Source: an uncultured Clostridia bacterium (lineage in GTDB: Bacteria > Bacillota > Clostridia > Christensenellales > CAG-917). From it: a DNA stretch of 64,000 nt. A program made the translations under genes and the position numbers. Where the stretch lies: the NCBI GenBank assembly GCA_963542015.1, contig CAUTUX010000007.1, positions 3,339-67,338 of the forward strand. Direction: 5' to 3'. Below are positions 56,926 through 64,000 of the stretch, piece by piece; position 1 is the stretch's first letter; every line of letters begins with the position of its first letter. The notes beneath the pieces were generated by a model that was given only the letters and a program-made list of their open reading frames with translations, ran no database searches and had not been told where the DNA came from.

Positions 56926-58371
56926 CTATATTGCTGCAAGCAAAATTAAAAAGAATGCCAACCCAACTCCAACCATGAGCAGTACATATAAAGTTACAAG
57001 CAGGGCTGAATATTCAGTTGCATTTGCCATCAACCTTAATTTTTCTATAAGGTCTAATTTATGTTGTTCATATTCCAATAATGCTAATTCTTTACCCTGT
57101 TCATTAAAATCTTCATTTGCAACTATTATGTCTCTTGACTCACTGTCTTCATTAATTTCATTCAAATCGGCGAATTCTTGTTCTGGTATATTGTCTGCAA
57201 ATTCTCCTTGTGTATTGTTGTCAGTGAATGAATAATTGTTTGTTATATAGTTATTTATAGTCTGTTGGTCAAGACCTTCGTATGAGCTTCTGTCATCGAA
57301 TTTGTTGTATAGCTTATTATCAAGCTCGGCTCCTGTTCGTACTTCCAATACGGAAAATCTTTTTGTTATATCTTCCAACTGAGCCTTTGTTTCTTCAAGT
57401 TCTTTTTCTTTTTCTTTCAGCTTTGATTCCGCTACTAATCTATCATCACCGCCAAGCTGCTCAAGTTCTTTCTTAAGCTCTTGAATATCTCCCCCCATTT
57501 GTTCATATTGCAACAACAGTGTTGAATACTTTTCTTCATCTGGGTTAATTGGTATGGACATTTCATACACCATTTGATTTTCTGGTTCCTTATAGTCTTC
57601 CCATACTCTTTCAAGTATGTATTCTATGGTTTCCTTTTTGTTCATGGTGATTATATTCTTTATCTTATTCTCTACTGCTATCTTCCGTACTTCAGAAATT
57701 TTTGCTGTAAGAAGTTCGTCCTTTAGCGGTTCAGTTAGTAAACCTTTGTTTTTCAGCTTCTGCATTACATAGTCTCTTAATGTATCTCCGCTGAATTTTT
57801 CTGGTATTGTTATTCCATACTTGTTCGCAAGTATATTCAAGTTTTCTTGAGTTGCACTGTTATGAACTATTGCTCTGAACTTATCTTTAGGTACTCCTTC
57901 AAATTCATCTTCAGCTTCATAGAACACATCTCTGAATGCTATATTAATCATACTTCCTGTTAGCTGTGTTCCTTCGTCTATTTTTGGTTGATCTTCAAGA
58001 TAGGTTACGAACATCTTTAAAGTGTCCATAGAGTTCATCTTCATCTGTATTAATATTTTCAGATACAGTTTCCTAACATAATCCATTTGGATATCTTCTC
58101 TATCGTGTACCTCATCAAGAAGCATTTCCAATTGGAATTCGGTAAAGATATTAAACCAAAGAAGTCTATAGTTCTTTCTGCTATCCAATGTTAGGCATTC
58201 CTTTCTTGTTTTGACGACATATGCTCTTAGAGCATTCTTCATGATGTCCATCTTTATCTTCTTTGGAAACACTATTCTATTGTTGATAAAGAAGTCCGCA
58301 ACCAATACTGGCTCGACCTGAAGCATTTTCTCTAAAAACGCACCTGTTGTCATTGTGCTTTTTGTTGCCAT
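56926..58371 (-). CDS. 481-aa tail-anchored cytoplasmic protein with central coiled coil (unknown function)
   Basis: Start at ATG 58371, with GGAGG 5 nt upstream; the track ATG at 58383 would put the SD inside the ORF. The only TM helix is at the extreme C-terminus (YSALLVTLYVLLMVGVGLAFFLILLAAI-stop). Heptad-like stretch QELKKELEQLGGDDRLVAESKLKEKEKELEETKAQLEDITKRF. The TAG stop overlaps the SD of the downstream surface-protein gene. Confidence 0.7.
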   Translation of the reverse strand: MATKSTMTTGAFLEKMLQVEPVLVADFFINNRIVFPKKIKMDIMKNALRAYVVKTRKECLTLDSRKNYRLLWFNIFTEFQLEMLLDEVHDREDIQMDYVRKLYLKILIQMKMNSMDTLKMFVTYLEDQPKIDEGTQLTGSMINIAFRDVFYEAEDEFEGVPKDKFRAIVHNSATQENLNILANKYGITIPEKFSGDTLRDYVMQKLKNKGLLTEPLKDELLTAKISEVRKIAVENKIKNIITMNKKETIEYILERVWEDYKEPENQMVYEMSIPINPDEEKYSTLLLQYEQMGGDIQELKKELEQLGGDDRLVAESKLKEKEKELEETKAQLEDITKRFSVLEVRTGAELDNKLYNKFDDRSSYEGLDQQTINNYITNNYSFTDNNTQGEFADNIPEQEFADLNEINEDSESRDIIVANEDFNEQGKELALLEYEQHKLDLIEKLRLMANATEYSALLVTLYVLLMVGVGLAFFLILLAAI

Positions 58372-58426
58372 TATTTCCTCCATATATGTTTATAAATCGG
58401 TACCTGCTTAGAAATACCTCAAGATA

Positions 58427-58470
58427 ATTATTGCATGAGAACTATTTTTTTTTTTTTTTTTGAGTGCCTA
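58427..58470 (-). promoter_or_regulatory. candidate promoter region of the tail-anchor/surface-protein operon containing the A17 tract
   Basis: Two readings are possible. (a) Extended -10 TGcAATAAT (58435..58427), with the A-tract covering about -25 to -41. (b) -35 TAGGCA (58470..58465), an 18-nt spacer made of CTC + 15 A, and -10 AATAGT (58446..58441). Confidence 0.35.
58445..58461. repeat. 17-nt homopolymer (T17 on plus, A17 on the operon strand)
   Basis: Counted directly: T from 58445 through 58461, flanked by A (58444) and G (58462). It is the longest homopolymer in the window and lies 74-90 nt upstream of ATG 58371. Confidence 0.95.
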
Positions 58471-58617
58471 TATTAGCCTTTTTCCAACTTACTGTGCGTT
58501 TATTTTTACTTTTTTGATTTTTCTTACATTTTCTTGATTTTGCTACACAGACTAGCCGAACTCCTGTGCACCGAAAAAACCAAGTATATACTACTCATCT
58601 CGATATGATTATATATT

Positions 58618-58649
58618 TTTATAGATTTTTATAGGGCTGCGTTTATAGG
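58618..58649 (+). repeat. three direct TTTATAG(A/G) repeats in the divergent intergenic region
   Basis: tttataga 58618-58625, tttatagg 58628-58635, tttatagg 58642-58649, with spacing of 10 and 14 bp. Confidence 0.6.
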
Positions 58650-58747
58650 GTTTTTAAATACAAGATTTATACCAAATTCAATATTATTGAACATTATTTC
58701 TTTCATTAGGAATCCTACTTTTAGAATATCGTTTTAAGTTTTCACTT

Positions 58748-58756
58748 TGTTATAAT
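58748..58756 (+). promoter_or_regulatory. extended -10 promoter TGtTATAAT of the uvrA-like gene
   Basis: TG at 58748-58749 and TATAAT at 58751-58756. SD GACGAGG at 58765-58771 and ATG at 58778. Confidence 0.5.
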
Positions 58757-58777
58757 AGTTATTGACGAGGTTACTTT

Positions 58778-61258
58778 ATGCATGAAAATATAGAAATTCG
58801 TGGTGCCAATGTGCACAATCTCAAGAACATAAATATTGATATACCTCTTGGCAAATTGGTGGGAATATCAGGATTGTCTGGTTCTGGCAAATCCTCTCTT
58901 GCATTGGGTGTTTTATATTCAGAAGGTTCTAGAAGATATCTTGAATCTCTATCAGCATATACAAGACGAAGAATGACTCAAGCTTCTGAATCTAACATAG
59001 AAAGTATTAATAATATTCCAGCAGCACTTGCACTTCATCAGCGTCCTGCCATTCCAAGTATACGAAGCACATTTGGAACCTTAACTGAGTTGCTAAACAG
59101 CATCCGACTTATGTTTTCAAGACTTGGCAACTATCGTTGTCCAAATGGACATTATGTAGAGCCAAGTATTAATGTGGCAGCGGAAAAAGATATTTTCTGT
59201 CCTGTGTGTGGAATGAAAGTTATCCCTTTGTCTGCTGAACAATATTCATTTAATAGTCATGGAGCATGTCCAACATGCGATGGTGTAGGGGTTGTACTTG
59301 CCGTTGATGAAAGTACCCTTATACCTGATGAAAGTCTTTCTATTGATGAAGGTGCTGTTGCTCCATGGAATACACTTATGTGGTCATTAATGAAAGATAT
59401 TTGTAGAGAGATGGGAGTTAGGACTGATATTCCATACTCTCAACTTACTCAAGAAGAAAAAGAAATCGTACTGCATGGACCAGCTGTTAAGAAACATATT
59501 CTTTACAGAGCAAAAAATTCCGAATTAGCTACCGAACTTGATTTCACATACTACAATGCCGTCTACACTGTGCAAAATGCCTTGGCAAAAGTTAAAGACG
59601 AAAAGAACATGAAAAGAGTTGAGAAATTTTTAAAAAAAGATGTTTGCCCAGAATGCCATGGAACAAGACTTAACAAGAAAGCATCCACCACTCTACTCTG
59701 TGGACTAACGCTTCCACAAGTTTGTTCTATGACATTGGATGAACTTATACCGTGGATTTCAATAATCCCAGAGCAAATGCCTGAGTCGGTTAAACCAATT
59801 GCAATTAGTATTACAAATCAATTTTTAAATACGGTAAAACACTTGATTGATTTGGGGTTAGGATATCTCACACTTGATAGAACTGGTCCTACTCTCTCAA
59901 CTGGCGAACTTCAGAGAATACAACTTGCAAGAGCTGTTCGAAATCGAACAACTGGTGTCCTATATGTGCTTGACGAACCATCTATAGGACTACATCCAGC
60001 AAATGTTGATGGGCTGTTAGAATTAATAAAGGATCTAGTGAAACAGGGCAACACGGTTGTGCTTGTTGACCACGATACTCAACTTCTAAAAAATGTTGAT
60101 TGGCTAATTGAGATGGGACCAGGTGCTGGTGAAAATGGTGGCAAGATTGTATCTCAAGGAAACCTAAAAGATGTGCTGAATATGCCACAATCATTAATTG
60201 CTCCATTTATAAAGGAAGATAAATTTGTTGCTGTTAGAAAAAGAATTCCAAGTGAAGATATATTCTCTGAGGGAACGATTGCCATAGCAACTTTGCCAAT
60301 ACATACCGTTAAGAATTTGGATTTAAAAATTCCTAAGGGTAGGCTGATTTGTGTAACGGGAGTCTCTGGGTCAGGAAAGACTACTCTTATCCTTGAAAGT
60401 CTTGTTCCCGCACTAACGACAAAAATCAACAGGACAAAAATGCCAGTTCATGTTAAAAACATAAATGCAGATGCTATTAATCGGGTCAATGTAATTGATG
60501 CTTCTCCAATAGGTATAAATGTACGCTCAACTGTTTCGACATACAGCGGGGTACTTGATGACTTGAGAAAATTATATGCAAATCTTGATGAATCAAAAAA
60601 ACTTGGATACAAGAATTGTGACTTCTCATATAACACTGGTTCCCTTAGATGCCCAAATTGTGATGGCACTGGAGAGATAACTATGGATGTCCAGTTTTTA
60701 CCAGATATGGACATCCCATGCCCTGAGTGTAACGGAAGTAGGTATAAAAGGGAAATTGAAAATATCAAATATCTTGATATGTCTCTTACCGACATTATGG
60801 CTTCAACTGTATCTGAAATTATGAAAAAATTTAAAGATGTTCCAAAAATTTATAACCGACTTAAAATACTCAATGACCTTGGTTTGGGATATCTTACGCT
60901 GGGCGAAGCCACTCCAAATCTATCTGGTGGCGAGGCTCAGAGACTAAAGTTGGCGTCTGAGATTGGAAGGAGTCAAAATGACACATTATTTGTATTTGAT
61001 GAGCCTACTATCGGTCTTCACCCACTTGATGTACATACCCTTCTGAATGTATTTCAATCTCTAATAAACCAAGGTGCAACTGTATTGGTGATTGAACATG
61101 ACTTGGATGTAATAGCAAACTCAGATTATGTTATTGACATGGGACCTGGTGGCGGAGTATCTGGAGGCACTATCGTGGCATGTGGAACCCCAGATGAAAT
61201 AGTACAGAATGCTAAAAGTATAACTGGCAAATACCTACATAAACTAAGGGGTATTTAA
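58778..61258 (+). CDS. UvrA-like ABC ATPase, class II (UvrA2-type; lacks the UvrB-binding domain)
   Basis: 826 aa. Two ABC modules (GLSGSGKSSL / LSTGELQRIQLA / VLDEPSIGLH and GVSGSGKTTL / LSGGEAQRLKLA / VFDEPTIGLH) and Zn modules (CPVCG...CPTCDG; CPECHG; CPNCDG...CPECNG). Where canonical UvrA carries the UvrB-binding domain, only about 20 aa are present. Confidence 0.85.
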   Translation: MHENIEIRGANVHNLKNINIDIPLGKLVGISGLSGSGKSSLALGVLYSEGSRRYLESLSAYTRRRMTQASESNIESINNIPAALALHQRPAIPSIRSTFGTLTELLNSIRLMFSRLGNYRCPNGHYVEPSINVAAEKDIFCPVCGMKVIPLSAEQYSFNSHGACPTCDGVGVVLAVDESTLIPDESLSIDEGAVAPWNTLMWSLMKDICREMGVRTDIPYSQLTQEEKEIVLHGPAVKKHILYRAKNSELATELDFTYYNAVYTVQNALAKVKDEKNMKRVEKFLKKDVCPECHGTRLNKKASTTLLCGLTLPQVCSMTLDELIPWISIIPEQMPESVKPIAISITNQFLNTVKHLIDLGLGYLTLDRTGPTLSTGELQRIQLARAVRNRTTGVLYVLDEPSIGLHPANVDGLLELIKDLVKQGNTVVLVDHDTQLLKNVDWLIEMGPGAGENGGKIVSQGNLKDVLNMPQSLIAPFIKEDKFVAVRKRIPSEDIFSEGTIAIATLPIHTVKNLDLKIPKGRLICVTGVSGSGKTTLILESLVPALTTKINRTKMPVHVKNINADAINRVNVIDASPIGINVRSTVSTYSGVLDDLRKLYANLDESKKLGYKNCDFSYNTGSLRCPNCDGTGEITMDVQFLPDMDIPCPECNGSRYKREIENIKYLDMSLTDIMASTVSEIMKKFKDVPKIYNRLKILNDLGLGYLTLGEATPNLSGGEAQRLKLASEIGRSQNDTLFVFDEPTIGLHPLDVHTLLNVFQSLINQGATVLVIEHDLDVIANSDYVIDMGPGGGVSGGTIVACGTPDEIVQNAKSITGKYLHKLRGI

Positions 61259-62065
61259 AGTATGAAGATCTTCTTCCTTGTTTAAGGGTTCCTCTTTCTT
61301 TGGATTTGTTTTAACTTTCAGCACATTTACTACAATCAGATATATCGTGCCAGCTGTTGTAAATATCCCTATTAACAGTCCAAATATAGCACTCGTTTTT
61401 GGATATGTTATATAAACATCAAAACTTGTTTTTTTATCTAATGAAATAACAGATGTTGTCTTTTCTAGTTTTGTTTTAATATAATTCTCATTCCTTTTTA
61501 AATCATGATATCTTCTTTCGCTCAAAACATACTTTATAGATTCTATTTTAGTTTCATATTTTGATTTAAATTTATTGCTAATCTCTTCTTTTAATTTCTC
61601 AGTATCTATTGAAACATTGTATTTATATTTATTTGCAAATGCTTTTTTGTTTTCATGGAACTTTGAAAGGGTGGCATAATCAAGCTTTTCACCAATATAC
61701 TTCTTGGTTTTCGCATCAATTTTATTTATTAACCTTGGAAACGCCTTATCTATTTTAGGATCTCCTGTCGTATACTTCTTTTCAATATCATTAAGGCTAC
61801 TTAAATCAGATACTTGAGGACTGTTAAGAATATATACATACCTGTGTTGAATGTATTTGCCTGAATTCTTGTCCTTTTCATAATAGGCTTTGATGTAGTA
61901 ATAGTATGATTGTTTGTTTTCCCTATCTACCAAACTATCATATGATCCTCTTGTTTTATTTAAAGTGGAACCATAAATAATACTTAAAATAACAGCAACT
62001 GATAGCATGACCACAATTACCACAGTTGCCGTTTTTTCTAAAATTAATCTTGCTCTCTCTTTCAT
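61244..62065 (-). CDS. hypothetical bitopic membrane protein (TM at both ends, Lys/Tyr-rich extracytoplasmic middle)
   Basis: 273 aa. TM1 VVIVVMLSVAVILSIIYG and TM2 IFGLLIGIFTTAGTIYLIVV. ATGA overlap with the pepF stop. Its 3' end overlaps the uvrA-like 3' end by 15 nt. Confidence 0.55.
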   Translation of the reverse strand: MKERARLILEKTATVVIVVMLSVAVILSIIYGSTLNKTRGSYDSLVDRENKQSYYYYIKAYYEKDKNSGKYIQHRYVYILNSPQVSDLSSLNDIEKKYTTGDPKIDKAFPRLINKIDAKTKKYIGEKLDYATLSKFHENKKAFANKYKYNVSIDTEKLKEEISNKFKSKYETKIESIKYVLSERRYHDLKRNENYIKTKLEKTTSVISLDKKTSFDVYITYPKTSAIFGLLIGIFTTAGTIYLIVVNVLKVKTNPKKEEPLNKEEDLHTLNTP

Positions 62066-63843
62066 ATTAGTTTCTTAAGCTCTTCAAGTGTATTTTTAAA
62101 TTCATTATTGGCATAATCATAAGTTTTTTTATCAGTTAAATCAATATCCACAATTTTCAAAATTTCTAAAGGTGGCATTGCTGAACCCTTTGAAAGAAAT
62201 TCTTTATACTTTTTAACATATGATTCTCCCTCATTTATTATTCTATTTGCGATATTTACAGCTGCCGTTAATCCAGTTGCATACTTGTATACATAGTATG
62301 CTTCATAAAAATGAGGTATTCTAGCCCATTCGAATTTAATTAAATCGTCTAAAATGATATCTTCTCCGTAATATTTTCTATTGAGTTTGTTATAGTATTC
62401 GGAAAGCACCTCAGCCGTCACAGCCTCTCCATTTTCAACAAGTTTATGGGCAAATACTTCAAATTCTGAGAAAATTGTTTGCCTATATATTGTTGTTCTA
62501 AACATGTCTAGATAGTATGAAAGGATGAACTTTCGCTCCTCTCCTTCAGCTGTCTTTAGTAGATGTTTTAACAACAACACTTCATTTACCGTTGACGCTA
62601 TTTCTGCAAGGAATATAACATAGTGTGATTTAAATAATGGTTGCTTTTTATTGCTATAAAAACTATGCATTGAATGTCCAAGCTCGTGAGCTATTGTAAA
62701 GATGTCGTGGGTGGTTCCTTCAAAATTCAATAAAACAAATGGATGAGAATTATAATTTCCCCATGAATACGCCCCTGAGCGTTTTCCTTTATTTTCATAT
62801 ACATCAATCCAACCACTGTTAAATGCATCATTTATTTGCCTGTTATAATCATCGCCAAGGATTTCTGTCATTTTTAATACAGTATTCTTTGCAGTTTCAT
62901 AGTCATATTCTTTTCTGCTTTCAGTGGTTATTGGAACATATAAATCATAGAAGTGAATTTCATCCAGATTAAGTGCTTTTTTTCTTAATGCAATATATTC
63001 ATGCATTGGTGCCAAATTTGCACTCAATGATTCAATTAATGTTTCATAACACTTTGGTGAAACTTCCTCATTGTACATTGCAGCTTCTAACGTACTTTTG
63101 AAGCCCCTGATTTTTGACATTACCCAATCTCCTCTAAGGCTTCCAGCATAGTTTGATGCAATCATATTTATGTGCTCTTTATATTCTGTGAACATACTAT
63201 TAAAAGCATCTTCCCTTACTTTCCTATTTTTATTCTGCAACATTCTTGAATATGTAGCGTGACTAATTTCAACATCGTTTCCATTCTCATCTTTAATTGT
63301 CTTGAATTTTACATCTACATTATCAAACATAGAAAAAGTATCTTGATAACCTTCAAGACATAAGCCAAATTCTCTTATAAGCTTCTCTTCTTTTTCACTT
63401 AATATTAATTTTTTATCTCTCAAAATTTCTTCAAAATATCTTGAATGTTTCTGAAATTTTTTATTAGCTATAATGTCTTTGAGTTTTTCATTTGAAAACT
63501 TCGATATTTCTGGCATAACAAATGCACTTAATGTTGAAGCTTCATTTGCGATAAAATCAACTCTCATTGCCATGTCTACCGCTTTCGTGTTATTTGCATT
63601 TTCATCTTTCTTCATGTGAGCATATTGCATAAGGTCTGCCATTATTCCACTTTGTTTTTCTTTGTATTTCATAAAACTCAAAAGAATTTCTTCATCAGCT
63701 AGTTTCCCTTTATACTCTAGAACTTTCTCTGAATCTTTTTTATATTTTTGAAGAGCTTTTTCAAATGCTTCATCGCTTTCATATATGTCGGTGATTTTCC
63801 ATTTAAACTGTTCTTCTATTTCTTCTCTAAGTCTAACTTTCAT
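62062..63843 (-). CDS. pepF: oligoendopeptidase F (M3B)
   Basis: 593 aa. HELGHSMH zinc motif and typical M3B length. Confidence 0.9.
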   Translation of the reverse strand: MKVRLREEIEEQFKWKITDIYESDEAFEKALQKYKKDSEKVLEYKGKLADEEILLSFMKYKEKQSGIMADLMQYAHMKKDENANNTKAVDMAMRVDFIANEASTLSAFVMPEISKFSNEKLKDIIANKKFQKHSRYFEEILRDKKLILSEKEEKLIREFGLCLEGYQDTFSMFDNVDVKFKTIKDENGNDVEISHATYSRMLQNKNRKVREDAFNSMFTEYKEHINMIASNYAGSLRGDWVMSKIRGFKSTLEAAMYNEEVSPKCYETLIESLSANLAPMHEYIALRKKALNLDEIHFYDLYVPITTESRKEYDYETAKNTVLKMTEILGDDYNRQINDAFNSGWIDVYENKGKRSGAYSWGNYNSHPFVLLNFEGTTHDIFTIAHELGHSMHSFYSNKKQPLFKSHYVIFLAEIASTVNEVLLLKHLLKTAEGEERKFILSYYLDMFRTTIYRQTIFSEFEVFAHKLVENGEAVTAEVLSEYYNKLNRKYYGEDIILDDLIKFEWARIPHFYEAYYVYKYATGLTAAVNIANRIINEGESYVKKYKEFLSKGSAMPPLEILKIVDIDLTDKKTYDYANNEFKNTLEELKKLI

Positions 63844-63861
63844 TTCATCTCCTTGTTTTAA

Positions 63862-64000
63862 TTAGCCATCATATAAATTTTCATCAAAGAATTCTGCTGT
63901 CTCAGTTAAGTTAATTCCTAGCTTCTTAATTGGCTGTTCATCAGCTTTATTCATTATGTGCGATGAATGTGCTTCCAAACCATATAACTTCTCCAGCTGG
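63862..64000 (-). CDS. 3' end of an unidentified CDS (5' part beyond the window end)
   Basis: Own translation of the minus strand: ...QLEKLYGLEAHSSHIMNKADEQPIKKLGINLTETAEFFDENLYDG, with TAA at 63864..63862. No family recognised. Confidence 0.4.
   Translation of the reverse strand, partial: QLEKLYGLEAHSSHIMNKADEQPIKKLGINLTETAEFFDENLYDG

Overview
AT-rich (about 30% GC by eye, not computed), very gene-dense chromosomal segment. The source looks like a low-GC Firmicutes-derived, probably wall-less bacterium (Acholeplasma/RF39/Mollicutes-like). It uses the standard genetic code: TGA is a stop, as in the GTGA and ATGA gene overlaps at 530-533 and 1159-1162. I call 58 CDS (2 run off the window edges), 1 decayed pseudogene and 9 tRNAs: Val; Cys-Leu; and a Pro-CAT-Asp-Phe-Thr-Tyr cluster. 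I also call several promoters, terminators and operator-like sites read directly from the sequence. From 1 to about 47.3 kb nearly everything is on the minus strand in tightly coupled housekeeping operons: ispH-plsC-cmk, scpAB, lysA, nrdR, a minimal dcw cluster, clpXP-tig, folD-guaB, hslV-trmFO-topA, dnaX-ybaB-recR, and rimP-nusA-ylxR-infB-rbfA-nrnA-truB. No CRISPR array, prophage, intact IS element or recognisable defence system is visible. Leads most worth a second look: (1) An IS607-type MerR-HTH/serine-recombinase gene whose catalytic Ser is replaced by Ala. It is translationally wired into the ftsA-ftsZ operon of a dcw cluster that has no peptidoglycan genes. (2) A two-gene operon (52851-58371) encoding a tail-anchored cytoplasmic coiled-coil protein and a 1354-aa N-terminally anchored repeat-rich surface protein. 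A 17-nt homopolymer sits in its promoter, giving it a phase-variation-like architecture. (3) An in-frame A AAA AAG / A10 slippery run in dnaX at the point where other bacteria make the gamma subunit by recoding. (4) A class-II UvrA paralogue that lacks the UvrB-binding domain. (5) An EF-G paralogue that lacks the catalytic His. (6) An apparent preference for leaderless first genes. All functional interpretations rest on motif recognition by eye. No database search was run.
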